A program made the position numbers and the translations under genes. From Lama glama (taxonomy: Eukaryota): a stretch of DNA of 64,000 nucleotides. Below the pieces are notes generated by a model. It did not search any database. It was not told the origin of the DNA and saw only the letters and a list, made by a program, of their open reading frames with translations. Shown here in pieces: positions 1 to 13,119 of this stretch. Location: the NCBI GenBank assembly GCA_028534125.1, contig CM052817.1, positions 38,006,001-38,070,000 on the forward strand, in the 5' to 3' direction. How positions within the stretch are numbered: the stretch's first letter is position 1; each line of letters opens with the position of its first letter.

Positions 1-545
1 ATGGATAAAGAAGAAAAAAGTATATATATATATACATACACACAGTGGAATATTATTCAACCATAAAAATGGGAATCCTGCCATCTGTGTCAACATGGAT
101 GGACCTTGAGGGGATTATGCTAAGTGAAGGAAGTCAGAGAAAGGCAAATACTGTATGATCACACATTATGTGGAATCGAAAAAAACTGAACTCATAGATA
201 CCAAAGCAGATTGGTGGTTGCCAGAGACAGGGCTGGGAGTGGGAGGAGGGATGGTTGAAGGTGTTCTAAAGGTCTAAACTTCCAGTTATAAAATAGATGA
301 GTTATAAGATAGATGCAATGCACAGCCAGATAACTACAATTAACAATACTGTACTGTATATTTGAAAGTTGTGAAGAGAGTAAATCTTAAAACTGCTCAT
401 TAAAAAATTTAGTAACTAAGGTGATGAAATGAACATTAGCTAGGATTATTGTGATAACGATTTTACAATATATATGTATATCAAATAATTTTGTTGTACA
501 CTTTAATGCAATGTTATTATGTCTCAGTAAAACTGTAGAGAAAAG
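1..545 (+). mobile_element. LINE-1 3' end (ORF2 C-terminal remnant and 3'UTR, L1M-type)
   Basis: Typical L1 3' motifs: tggaatattattca, acatggatggaccttgag..attatgctaagtgaa, ggtggttgccaga, cttccagttataaaata. Confidence 0.85.
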
Positions 546-1200
546 GTGATCAAAACTCAGGTGGCTCCTGCCCTCACTGGACTTACAATCAAGCAGTGTG
601 ACAGTTTTTTTTTTAAGTTAATCTAACTTAATTTTCGTAACAATTTATGAAGTTCTATTAGTTATTTTATTAATGCTGTGTTACTTTAAGGCATTTTCTT
701 GATAAGCACTAAAAATAAGCAGGAGTCTCAGACACAGAATAACGTGGCAGGGCCAGCCCAATTTAGATGTAATGAGACTTGATGAGGATGGTGAGGTGCG
801 GATTAGAGAGAAGCAAGAATTTCTGTAAGGAGACCATTTAAGGGCAGTCTCTGCAGTACTTGTAAGATGTGATAATGGAAATGGAGTTAAGTGGATTAAT
901 TTGAAAATATACATTGGAGGTAAATACGGGCCTTCATGGATTGGATACAGGCGGAGATGAGAGGGGAAAGTGAGGATGACTTCTGCACTTGAACAAATGT
1001 GTATTTAAGAGAATGATTGGAGGAGGGAAATTTAAGATTAAGACAGAGGTCAGAGGTTCTTCAGTTTGGGACATATTAATTTTCAGATATTTTTGAGACA
1101 TCCAATTAAGGTGATCAGTAGATAGTTGTGTGTGTGAATCAGGAGCTTTAGAAGACATCTTAGTGAAGATAGTATCTTGGCATCTTGAGTAACACAACAT
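545..1200 (-). mobile_element. LINE-2 fragments (degenerate)
   Basis: L2-like motifs cctgccctcactggacttaca and ttcagtttgggacatattaat...tgagacatccaa; recognised by eye. Confidence 0.55.
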
Positions 1201-3029
1201 TAAGTTAAAATGTGCTACTTGGCTTATTTAAACTTTTGTCCTCCACTTATTTAATGCCATTTTCCTAACATATTTAAAGCTCTGGAAATAAACATTTTGC
1301 AGTAGAAAATAGAACTCCATGAAGTAAACATGTAGGGGATATGGCGCTAAATCCTTCAGGCCATCCAGGAGCACAACTACTTTGAGGACAGCAGAACATG
1401 TACTGAAGGGCATCATATGGTAAGTGGACCACAGCGATTGCACAGATCAACTGCTGCAGGGGTAGAATTCAGTTTCATAAGTATCAGCCCAAATGTCAGA
1501 GTAGGCGAGGTGAATAAAGAAAAGATGCACAGTAGATAAAGAGGAACAGAGCAGTAACAAAGGAAAGCGGTTCAGGGGCTGGAAGGAATAGCTAATTCAC
1601 ATTTTTAGAGTCCAGAGGTGTTGGGGTCATTCGCAGTTAGCAGAGAGCACCAGCTGTCAGATTAATGGAGGGCAAGCATGGAGCAGGAAATGCTGTGCTG
1701 GGCAGGCCTTGGGGGACAGAGGCTAGGTCCATGGGCTGGGCAGTGCAGTTTATTCCTGTCGTAATTGTATGTCCTGTGTGCAGGAACCATTTGCAATTCC
1801 TGTGGGTCACTTAATGGGTCTCATTAATTTGGCAGGTGTCAAGAAACAGTACCGACCTCTGAGCCAAAGGAACCTCTTATCGTCTTTAGTTCCGTTAATT
1901 TTAGACATAGTGCGTGTTTACGACAAGGCCAATCAGAGAGTCGCCGTTTCAGAGTAGTTTCTTGCACAAATAAAGATGATGTGCTCAATATACTTCCACT
2001 CCTTAGCTGATTCTGACATCATCCAGGTTCTGACACTCACCTAACATGCATGCAGATTTGTAAGGAAAATCTTATTAAAATAAAACTATTAAATATGAAT
2101 CAGACTTTGAGTTTTATTGCCAGGAAATAGGCAAAGGTAAGAATGTAGTAAGAATAACCCTGGAAGAGCAGTGACCTACTTCTGCCTCTTCCGTCTTGTG
2201 GAAACAATGTGCAAAAGCCTCTTTAGCAAGAAGCACATTGGCCATCAGTAGTCGGAGACCATATCATTTCTAAGTTGGGAAAACTTAGACAGTGAAAGTC
2301 ACACTAAAATACATTGGTGGGTGTCAAAATAGTACTATTGAAATTGAAAAAAATTACGTAAAACATAAAAAACAAATGCAAATAAAATTTTAAAATGTGT
2401 TCACATTTGTTTACTAAATATTAAAAATATAACATGAGAAAAATAATTATTCTTCATATATCCTCATGTATTGTAATCAACTGAAACTTTTTAGCCCTAT
2501 CTTGTCTGTCATTTGGTTTCACTGGTATTTTCCTGAAGAAGACTTTTTTCAATGTGATTTTTATTATTTGATTTGTTCAGCCTTTCTTGCTTCAGTTCCT
2601 TCCACCACATTTCAGTGTGCTTTTATTGACAAGTATTAGTTTATAATAATATCTATTCCCTAAAGTTCTTAAGAGCTGAAGTATTGAGATGCTCCATTCA
2701 CTAAATCCTATGATTAAAGATTTTTAAGTGATTTTGGAAAAAATGCATCTGAAATTTAGGACTTACTTACAAAAAGTTGTTCTTCAATTGGAATCATAAG
2801 GGGTGCCAAGAAAATGCTGATTGCCTTGCTGAAGCATCTTTACTTTTTGTTTCAACATCTGCTTTGTCTCCAAAATTTTGTAATAAATTTTGCATAAAGT
2901 TATGTACGTGAATGTGTAAAAATATTTACAAATCTTGGCCACCTTTATCCACAAGGGGATCCTGCCTTTTGCATAGAAAAAGATCCAGGCAAACTCCACA
3001 GCTGATTGCTCTATTTGACTGTGGGTTAC

Positions 3030-3690
3030 TGCTTGTCAAACGTTGTGTTCCTCAGAAAATACACTTTGAGATGATGATCAGATGCAGAAAATTTATTAGG
3101 GAGTGTTTTGGGGGTTTAAAAGGAAAGGGCGGAAGCAGAGAATGAAGTTTGGCTGCAGTGAAATCTCAGTGGAAGCCTCAGGTGACCCTGTTGGGAATTC
3201 TGAAGAGGGAATCAGCCTTCCCAGCTGTCCTAAACTGGGGCGAGGTGGCCAGGCTTTTATAATCGCAGGTTAATCAGTCACTGATTGAAGGCTGCTCATG
3301 AAGAGAGTGTAACTTTGGTTGGGCAGCTCTTTTCAGCTGAGGTTATAACCACAGGGGGCTCAGAGCTGAGGGGCTGCTAGCAGCATTCCCAGCGGCTGGG
3401 ATAAAGTCCTTAGTCCTGAAGGGGAATCTTAGCAGTGCGTCACAGCGCCCTCACTGCCCTTTGATGCACTAATGGACTCCTGTTCCTGGGTTTTCCCCCC
3501 AACATGCTGAGAAACAATTTTCAGAAAATCAGAAACCAAAAATGTCTAGAGCCCATGAGAGTTATAATGTATAATGAAACTTAGATATGCGTGCTTCTAG
3601 ACTTCCTGTTATATAATATAACGAATATCTTTAATAGTTAAGTCCCTATTAGTCATAATTCTATTACTTGTAATCAAAAGCACCCCTAAC
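3030..3690. mobile_element. ERVL/MaLR LTR relics (LTR16-like 3030-3455; MLT1-like 3' end 3480-3690)
   Basis: Motifs gcagaaaatttattagggagtg, gaagtttggctgcagtg and ctattacttgtaatcaaaagcacccctaac; subfamily uncertain. Confidence 0.5.
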
Positions 3691-3762
3691 AAAGTATAAG
3701 CAAATTGATCTAGCCAAGCAATTCAATGACAAATTAATCCAAAAAATCAACTGTTGGCTTTT

Positions 3763-4008
3763 TAAAAAATTTTATTTTGTATTGAAGTATAGTTGATTTA
3801 CAATGTTAGTTTTAGGTGTACAGCAAAGTGGCTCAGTTATACGTATATATGTGTGTATATACTTTTAGATTCTTTTCCATTATAGTTTATGACAAGAAAT
3901 TGAATATAGTTCACTGTGCTATACAGGAGGTCCTTGTTGTTTATCCATTTTATATAGAATAGTGTATATCTGTTAATCCTAAACTCCTAATATATCCCTC
4001 CCCCTTTC
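3763..4008 (-). mobile_element. 5'-truncated cetartiodactyl L1 3' end with TSD
   Basis: tattgaagtatagttgatttacaatgttagt...tgaatatagttcactgtgctatacag; flanks caactgttggctttt / catctgttgactttt (13/15 identical). Confidence 0.85.
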
Positions 4009-4689
4009 CATCTGTTGACTTTTGATGGGGGGATTAGGGAAGGCCTCTACTGAGGAGATGATATTTAGACTGAAACTTGAATTACGGGATGGAGTCAGGC
4101 AAGTGAGGATGTGGAAAGAGCATTCTTGGCAGAAGAAACAGTTACAAAACCCTGAGGTAGAGGTGATTTTGCAGGTTGGCCATGACTAGAGACTGTAATG
4201 TTTGGGCATAAAAGTGAGATATTTGTGGGCACTGGGTAGAGATTTTTTTGATAGTTTTCAATTAAAGTCTTGGCTTTGGGAAAAGGTCAAAGTGAGAACA
4301 TGGGAACATGGGAAAAGAGCAGTGAAGGGTGCAGCATATATTCCAGGACAGAATTTGCCCTGCCCAGCTATGGCTCAAGATGCTTGAGGTGTTCAGTAAA
4401 GTTTTTTAAAAATTTTATTTTCTAACACATGAAGTTTTTCTCATAATGCCTAGAGATTTTTTGTTTATTTTTTATTTTTTGGCCACAAACAAAGTAATGT
4501 GATCAAGCACATTTTATATGTCATTTAATTTTAAATGTAATAGGGAAGGGGAACAAGAGAAACTATCAAATAAATAATTATGACTTAGGAAGAACATTTA
4601 ACAAGAGGTTATCTGCAATTACCAGAAGGGAAAAAAGCAAAACAACGGATTTTATGTTGAGAACAAGACTTGCCTACAGGGATGTGTTG

Positions 4690-4697
4690 TGTGTGCA

Positions 4698-4728
<31 letters not shown>
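4690..4728. repeat. Imperfect (TG)n microsatellite
   Basis: Directly visible. Confidence 0.9.
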
Positions 4729-5161
4729 TTATATAAATACATTCAAGGAAGTAGACATGGTTTTATTGCATTATAAAACTAGATTAAATGACAGGAGTAA
4801 AACAACAGAAGGCTATATCTTTCTTTTATGGATGAATCTGGTAGAAGTGAAGTTAGTACTGTATGTCAAGAAATTGCTAGAATATGTTTAGCAAAATTGC
4901 TGGAAAGTTGCTAGAAGTTGCTGGAAAATCTTCATAAAGATTTTTAGCTTTTTTTACCTGCAAGATGACAAAAGGAAAACTACTGAAAGAAAAAAAAAGT
5001 AGAATCTATAAACCAAGACACAAAAAAAGAATGACAAGAGTGACGGAAAACTCTCAGAGATTAATTTGTGACTATGCAGCAGGGATGCCAATTTGCAGAT
5101 GTGTTTGCTAAACTGCTGCCAGTAATCACTGAGGAATTACAGAAAATGGGAAAGATTGTAG

Positions 5162-5786
5162 TGTCAGCCAGGGTTCATGGCAGGAGACAGAAACATTATA
5201 AGTAGGTAAAGATTTAATATGGTAAATTGGGTGATTGCAAAATCATTGGAAAGCCTGGAGAAGTGGTCTCTAGTCTGGGCTTCCTGGAATGACTCCCAGA
5301 CACCAGAGGGCTGAATTGCCAGGGGAGCTGCCACCTCTGAAAAACTGAACTTCCAGAATACATGATTGTAACTGAGATTTGGGAAGCACAGAGCTGGAAC
5401 TGTGCATTCATTACTGCCATCATTGCCACTCCATCATGCTGGTTACAGGGCCCTGGAATCTGGAGACCACTGCTGCCTCTGCTTCAACCTCTCTTCTCAC
5501 CCAGGAATCTGGACAGTGACATGAATCGCTGCTTCAGAAGAAAATCTCACGTCTTCATGAGACCTTGCTTGCCAACCGAGAAATGTTAGGAGATGACCAC
5601 CCTCACTTTTGCCTTATGAATCTCTCATGGTTGCATCTGCATGGCAGGGCCATACTGGAATCCAGAGTACTAGCTGAAAAAGCAACCAGGAATTGTATGT
5701 GTAGCTCTCAAGTCTCTTCAGAACAGGAAGGCATGATGCAGGACATAAATGGAATTTCGGTGAGCCAAAGCACAGTATTCTATACA
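5162..5786. mobile_element. Solo LTR (ERVL/MaLR-like), TG...CA termini
   Basis: Starts tgtcagccagggttc and ends tataca; flanked by attgtag / actgtag; CR1 homology resumes on both sides. Confidence 0.6.
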
Positions 5787-7030
5787 ACTGTAGACAGGCA
5801 AATATTCTTATTTCTTTAGAGGGAAGAAAGAGGTTATGAGAGACACCTGATGAACTTGACATTGGTCCTAGTATTAGTTAGAAAATATACTCTGTAAGTC
5901 ATTAGGAAAGGATGTAGTGATCACTGGGAATACAGGTTTCATTAAAAACAAATCATACAAGATAGCTTATTACAGTGGTAAGTAATAGAACTACAGAGCT
6001 ATAACGTATCTGGGTTTTAACAAAGCTCTTGCCTCAAACTTTTATATCCTGGGACAAACTTGTGAAATGTGGTCAAGATAGTGGTATAGTTGAATGGATT
6101 TGTGATTAGTAGAAAGATTAAAAACTGCTGATTAGTAGGTAAATGTCCAATTATAGCACATAAATATAAAAAGTTATTTTTTATCCTGGCCTGCATTACA
6201 CAATGGCTCCACCAAGGACACTGACTTTGAAAATGCTGGTCGTCATTATTTATTGAGCGCTCTCTCTGGATGAGGCACTGTAGATATATTACTTCATCAT
6301 TTATGACTGACAACAATCTTGTCAGGTTATTATCATCTCTGTTTTTAAGTATGTGGAAGTTGATACCAGAAAGTGTAAATGAATTGGTCATAGCTCCCCA
6401 TCTGTTAAGGGACTGTGCTGAGATTCAGACCTGGAACTGCTTCAAGAAAGAGGTACCAGAGGGAGAGAGAGCGTCACCATGTTTCTAGGAGAAACTGGCC
6501 AGAACCTGCCAGGATCCCCAGGGGGCGGCATTTTCTCAGTTGTCCCACTTGGGCTCAGTGTCTTGCAGGATCTGTTCAGTATCTCAGGGACTCAAACTCA
6601 CATTGGCAAGCCTCACTAAAGGCTCACACATGAAACCAGATGCCAATTTATTAAATTATGAGATATGTAATAGCCAAGCTAACCAAATGTGGGTGGAATT
6701 CTTGCATGCAAAATTCTGAAGGAGAGCCCAATGAGCAGAATTTTGACTGCAGAGGATAGAGTCAGCCCAAGGAGACACAGATCAGATTGCTAACTGGCTG
6801 CAGTCTCCAACAATCACAATAGGGATGTCTGCCTGGCTGACTGTGGACCCTGGACCTATCTGGGAGGGCACTTTCTTATTTGGCCAGGCGAACCAGAATT
6901 TGCCTCTCTGACTCTTTCCTAGGTCCACAGGACTAACTGCTATTTTTTTGCTAGATATTTTAACGATTTAAATTGTTTGTGCTTAAAATTTAGTCTTTCT
7001 CTTTGAGGTGATTGTTCTCGTCAATTTCCT

Positions 7031-7214
7031 TTTTTTTTTTTTTTTTGTTTGGCTTGGTTTTTTTGGCTTGTTTTTTAATATTCAAAAAAATTTATTTTCA
7101 TTTGAGGGGTGAGATAATTGGGTTTATATATTCATTTCAATGGAGGTACTGGGGATTGAACCCAGGACCTCATGCATGCTAAGCATGCACTGTACAACTC
7201 AGCTATACCCTCCT
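7031..7214 (-). mobile_element. Camelid tRNA-Ala-derived SINE (Vic-type)
   Basis: Reverse complement of ggagggtatagctgagttgtacagtgcatgcttagcatgcatgaggtcctgggttcaatccccagtacctcca, with poly-T tail; TSD tcaatttcct at 7021-7030 and 7226-7235. Confidence 0.9.
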
Positions 7215-9129
7215 ACTTCATCTGATCAATTTCCTGCTGATACAATTTCTTAACTTCAGAAAGCAAGTTCAGCTCCTATATTTCCAAATTCACTGTTGTC
7301 CTTGTGCATTACCTGTAAGGCTCCTTTGACTCTTTCCTTTACTCGTGCTGCCACTGATAGATTAGCGAGAACAAATGCAAGAACAGAAGTCCCATTGCTG
7401 ACATACAGAGTTGAATAACAGCAGAAATTTTGAAAAAGACAGAATTTTTAATTAGCATAGGCTCACTGTGTGTCAATAGTGTGTGATGAATTTACCCAAG
7501 AAGCCAGGACAGACTTAGCTGTATTAACTGTGTCAACAGATTGAATGAGCAAGCAAGTGAATGAAGGAGTTAATAACCTTTCCCTAGTCTTTACTGACAC
7601 TCCATGCTTAGAGTAACAATGTTTATTTAGTCAAGGGTTCACATTTTCAGAGGGTATCAACAGACAGGAATATATTCAGAGGAAACTGACCAGATGGTAA
7701 TAGGACTTGAAATCACACTCTGACAAGTGGTGGTAGGACCACTGGTGATATTTAGCTTAACAAAGAAAAGACTTAGGGAAAAAATAAGAAAAGCTTAGAG
7801 TTATTGAGTGTTTACTGAATGCGTATAGAGTAGACTGAGCATTGTGCTCTGTCCTTTAAAGGATTTCAAACATTATGGGTCTATCATAATTAAAAAGGGA
7901 CTTTATTTTGAGTTGCTCTGGAAGGCAGGGCTGACAGTAATCAATAGAAATCACAGAGAAATAACTCTGCTCATAAGAATGATGACATTTCTAACTCTCA
8001 AAGCTGTCCAACAATAGAATGAGCTGCCTTGATATAAAAGGGTCTGTATTTTTGAGGATGCTCAAGCAGACTGGTCAAACTTTTGATGGATATATTTTGA
8101 AGAGGAGTAAATACTAAATGGAGGCATAGACCAGATAAACTCTGACTGTACAATCTTATTCTGTGAGTCTTTCATTATCTTACAATACAGTTACTCCTTT
8201 CTTTATCTTTCAATTTAGTGGCCTGAGCCCTAACTGGTCAATGTCACTTTCAATTCAATAGATCAGTAGGATACTGGTTGCTGTCTCCCATCCTGGCAAC
8301 TAAGACAAAATCCAGCACAACCCAAATTTGCAGGGATGGGAAACATTTTGTGAGTGGGTTTATTAGGTATAATAGCAAGAAGGAACTCACTTCCTTTTTT
8401 GATCGCCATGTATTCTGAGCATGGGAGAAACAAATGATACTCTGTACTGACTGCCTTTTCAAAGCATGGTAAATGATCATTCTCAAATAGTTTGAAAGCT
8501 TCAAATGTTAGTAGCATTCATTTCTGTCTTTGTATTTAAATGTAGTTGTTTATGCTTCTGAAATCCTCTCTGGTTGTGTTCCTTATTTCAAGCTTTGTTA
8601 TTGTTAATACACTTTGAGCATCAGCTCACTTATGCATTCACGTCATTTAATCTCACACCTTAAAAACTGGTTCCTGCGAACAGGTAAAGAATGAATGTCC
8701 ACTCAAAATAACCAGAGAATGTTAAAGTTTTAAGCTAAATATCACATATTAATATCACATTGTAATAGATATTATTAGATATTGATAATAATCGATATTA
8801 TCTTATCAGTAGATGAGAAATTCAAGCCCAGAGAGATTAAATGACTTGCCACAGTCATGCGGCTAGTGGAAAGGTTGAGCACTTTTCTTTATTCTTTCGT
8901 TCCCCACTCACTGATGCAATTATATGCTGTTTTCTTTTCCTAGCAAATAGAATGTTTCCATACTAGTCACTCTTATGTCTTTATTTACAGTCTGATTGAC
9001 ACTGGACTTGAGGAGCAGGTATTTGAGTACATTCCAGACTCGTATTTTCCCTATCCCTATCTTTAGTTCAGTCAGGAATTCTAAGGGCTCCTCTGTTCTT
9101 AACTCTGGATTGTGTTTGCATCTCTGCAG

Positions 9130-9259
9130 TGNNNNNNNNNNNNNNNNNNNNNNNNNNNNNNNNNNNNNNNNNNNNNNNNNNNNNNNNNNNNNNNNNNNNN
9201 NNNNNNNNNNNNNNNNNNNNNNNNNNNNNNNNNNNNNNNNNNNNNNNNNNNNNNNNNNN
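9130..9259 (+). CDS. MAPK10: MAPK10 130-nt exon ([21 protein letters not shown]...VNHKN), inferred; all but the first 2 nt are in an N-gap
   Basis: Acceptor tgtttgcatctctgcAG ends at 9129, followed by TG (completes a split Cys codon and starts Ala), then N at 9132-9279. The expected 1+43 codons fit the 148-N gap and would end in phase 0, as the next exon requires. The end coordinate is inferred. Confidence 0.7.
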
Positions 9260-10190
9260 NNNNNNNNNNNNNNNNNNNNTCTGGCAGTGGGAGGAGGTAA
9301 GATTGGGGAAAGAAAATCAGTATGCCAACTTGAGTAGGAAAGACTTTCTTTACTTTGCAATTTCTGTCTCTTAAGATTGTTTATCCTGCCCATATGCTAC
9401 ATTTGATTTCATTGTCCTCATGGTAGCTTTCTGCTTAAAAATCATCTGAAAACCATATGGCATGTAGGGGATGAATCTGATAGCTATTTCCCTGTTAAGA
9501 AATAAACTGTATTTGGTCATCTTGCCCGAAATTAACCAGAGAGCTTCATGCTTTTCCAAAACAAACAAACAGACAAACAAACCAAAACCAAAAATATAGA
9601 ACAAAATACTGCATTTCTTTATAATTTAAATTTAATTATTAACAGGTGAAGATTTGTATCTCCTTTTTGTTTTAGCTATAGGTGGCCTCCAACTGTTCAG
9701 TGTGCACACTGTGCTTTGGCATCTCGCTTTTTGTAGGGCTGGGCAAATGTGCAGGGACATATCTGCAAAGCGCTTCAGAACAGGATTGTCAAGAACATTT
9801 CTCGTTGGAACTCAGCAGGGAACACTATTACAGGGCTTTCTTCACTTCAGAGTATAATTTTCTTCAACCACTGTCAAAGGTGTCAAGAACTCTTTCTATG
9901 CTTTCATTCTTCTTAGTAAGGAGAAATGGGAGATAACTCTTATTNNNNNNNNNNNNNNNNNNNNNNNNNNNNNNNNNNNNNNNNNNNNNNNNNNNNNNNN
10001 NNNNNNNNNNNNNNNNNNNNNNNNNNNNNNNNNNNNNNNNNNNNNNNNNNNNNNNNNNNNNNNNNNNNNNNNNNNNNNNNNNNNNNNNNNNNNNNNNNNN
10101 NNNNNNNNNNNNNNNNNNNNNNNNNNNNNNNNNNNNNNNNNNNNNNNNNNNNNNNNNNNNNNNNNNNNNNNNNNNNNNNNNNNNNNNNNN

Positions 10191-10290
10191 TGTATAACTG
10201 AAAAATTGTGCTCTAGACTAGAATTTGACACAACATTGTAAAATGATTATAAATCAATAAAAAAAGTTAAAAACAAATAAATAAATAGAT
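10191..10290 (+). mobile_element. Young L1 3' tail emerging from the N-gap at 9945-10190
   Basis: tgtataactgaaaaattgtgctctagactagaatttgacacaacattgtaaaatgattataaatcaataaaaaa with A-rich tail. Confidence 0.7.
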
Positions 10291-10599
10291 TATAATTATA
10301 ATTATTACATATACATATAATTTATTACATGTAAACATATAATATAAATAATTATTATAAAGATATAATAATAATTCCCTACAAAGTTTTTCTTGAGTAT
10401 GAAAATCACAGAATATAAGAAATTATCCATGCAGTTTTATAAACAAGTGAATTTGTCATGAGGCTAACCGTCTATCAATGGCACTAAGAAGAAGCAAATG
10501 TATGAGAGTTTAGTTGAAAGAGATTTGAAATACAAATAAGTGGATTTAGGCCTAATGAGTGTTTCTCTTTTACTCTATTACTTTATTCCAATGACACTT

Positions 10600-10910
10600 T
10601 AGCTCAGTCATTTGTTTGACAAATACTTGTTAAATGAATAGAATGTGCCAGGTATAGATCTAGATGCTCTAAGATGCTAAGAATACAGCAGTGAAGATAG
10701 GAGAGACAAATTCCTGCCACGTGGTGCTCACTGGGGCGACAAAGGCAGTCTGCAAAGTAGGTAGGTAAGTGTATAGAATGTCAAATACTAATAAGTGGTA
10801 TCAAGAAAAATGAAGCAAAGAAGGAAGATAAAAAATTCTGGTCAATGCAGAACGGGTAGGGTTATTCTTTTAAACAGATTGAGCAAGAAAGTCTTCACTA
10901 AGAAAGATAA
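10600..10910 (-). mobile_element. LINE-2 3' fragment
   Basis: tcatttgtttgacaaatacttg...tgtgccagg...aatacagcagtgaa...cctgcc is the reversed L2 tail. Confidence 0.7.
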
Positions 10911-12066
10911 AGCTTATGAATTATGTACCCACCTCTCATTTGGCCATGCGAGGAGCAGATATCTATAAAGGAATACGGAAATGATGGAAAGGATGATTCC
11001 AAAGAAAAGTCATTCTACTAAAACAATTTGTTCTTTCTGTGTGCTAAATAAAGGCAGGAGCTCGATTAACCGCATGACCAGTGCAAACTCTTTCTGTGAT
11101 AGCAAAGAGGATGAGAAATACTGTAGGCAATGGAAGATGGACACGAACAATAAAGCAACTGTGTGGGAAGTTTTGATAGTTTTTGTTTTCATATATTTGT
11201 ATCTCTCTAATCCTCCTTCCAGCCCCTATAATGCAATAAATTCATTTGGAGGAATTCTCAATTACTTGGCCAATTTGAGGGAATCATACCCTCATCCTTG
11301 ATTGGAATATGGGGGTTCACATTTATGATACCTAAAAAGGATTTCCAAATTGAAATGGTAATTTGTAAGTGGAATCCTGCCTGCTACCCCCTTTTATGTG
11401 TGTATGTACATATGTTTGTATGCATGTATGTTTATAAGTCTGTGGAAATAAATTTCCAGAACTTGTTAGCAGAGATGAGTTTCACCCCAAATATAAATTC
11501 CACATTAGTGCCTGTAATACTAAGTAAAAGCAGAACTCTGTTAATGCTGTGGAAAGTAAAGTGAAATAGTAAAGGAATCCCAATTAAATTTTCAATAATA
11601 GAAGAGCCAAATCCATTTAGAAAATGAACACAATTCTAGGAAGTGATAGCTGACATTATTGTGGGGCCATGACAAACATTGATTCACATCTGTGCATTTT
11701 AAGATGCTCGAATAAAAAAGGAACCGAGTCAGATTCCTGCCTGGAAAGCATTGAACAAAAATGGAAATAACCTGTGATGATCTGATTCTAAAGACAAGAT
11801 ATTTGATTAGTTATTAGTAGGAATTCAGATTTATAAGGGACCAAAGAAAGAACAGAGGAGAAATCCTCAAAGGGAAATCAAAGAAGATGAAGGTGATAAA
11901 ACATGGGCATGGCAACCAGAATACATAGTGGGGACTTCACCTTTTAAAATAATAATCCTTCATTTACATAACATTGTAATTCTATTTTCTAGACTAATTT
12001 AGATTACCTAGATTATTTATTTACCAGGTAATATGGATTAGCATTTTTTCATCTTTAAGGGTTGTT

Positions 12067-12089
12067 TGTGTGTGTGTGTGTGTGTGTGT
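12067..12089. repeat. (TG)11 microsatellite
   Basis: Directly visible. Confidence 0.95.
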
Positions 12090-13011
12090 CCTACACACAG
12101 TCTCTGATGTTTCTGTTTGAAGAAATATAAAAATGAATTACTTTCCAAGATTGATAAAGTACTAGAAAAACAGGCTTATGATGTATGTTCCATTGATATA
12201 TGTAGACATTTTTCAAAACACACCATAACTAAGTATACAGAATAACAAAGCACAAATTAAATTAAAACTTTAATCACAAGTTTTAAAAATATTTTGAAAC
12301 AATTTTATTTCTATATGCATATTTCATACTGCAAAGTTGCTTCAGAGGAGATAATCTTGGGTGTTTTGATATATTATAACCGTTGCCATGTATATATATG
12401 TAAAAGTATTGGATGATATTGTCACTTTTTTCCTCAACAAAAATCTTCAACAAATGAAAACTACTGAAGCTTTAAAACATTCCCTAGAATTGACTGCATT
12501 TCTCAGATATTAAAAACCATTTTGCTTTATTTATTATTTCATGCTTATGAAGTTTACTGAAATTCATTAGTTCATGTCTTAAAGATGTGTAAATTTTAAG
12601 CTTGTTTTTGTGAAATGGTTGTGTCTGTCCTATGAGTAGAAGATTGTTCTCTATATTTTTTATTTTTACTTCCCACTGGCACATTAATACAGAATATTTA
12701 ACTGAAAGACAATTTTGAGTTATATATGCATGCAATTTATTTGCATAAAACAAATTTCTTTTCAAAATTTACTTATACTAGAAGATAAACTTCTTTACTA
12801 TTTAATATATAAAATAACTAAATCAGGAAACAAAAAAGTTTAAGAAACAGCATTTTGATAACTTCAAAAATACATTTTCCATTAAATTCATCATTGATAT
12901 CATCTAAGATATACCTTTCCTCACACATACCATTGGAGCATTAGTTTAAATAATATTTGAGTGTGAAATAGAAGCAAAAGAAACCTTTAGTTTCAACAAC
13001 ACAAAAAAGTC

Positions 13012-13119
13012 TTGACTCAGAATACCTCCTTGACATAGAACACTGCCCTGACTCAGAATGCTGCCTTGACTCAGAACGCTGCCTTGACTTAGAACGCTGC
13101 CTTGACTTAGAACACTGCC
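13012..13119. repeat. 18-bp x 6 minisatellite, consensus TTGACTCAGAACRCTGCC
   Basis: Units start at 13012, 13030, 13048, 13066, 13084 and 13102. Confidence 0.95.

Larger units (their letters stand above)
5080..8140 (+). mobile_element. Fragmented L3/CR1 LINE (about 5080-5160, 5790-6150, 7400-8140), interrupted by LTR, MIR and SINE
   Basis: CR1 RT-like remnants: gcagatgtgtttgctaaactgctgccagtaatcactgag, gtgatcactgggaatacaggtttcattaaaaacaaatcat, tattcagaggaaactgaccagatggt, tttagcttaacaaagaaaagacttaggg. Confidence 0.65.

Noticed and set aside
9096-9103. Second U12 branch point (ttcttaac) before the hidden 130-nt exon
   Set aside because: It is about 26 nt from the AG with a pyrimidine-rich tract in between, which fits an ordinary U2 branch point.
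13012-13119. CRISPR-like array
   Set aside because: Head-to-tail units without unique spacers, in a eukaryotic intron; it is a minisatellite.
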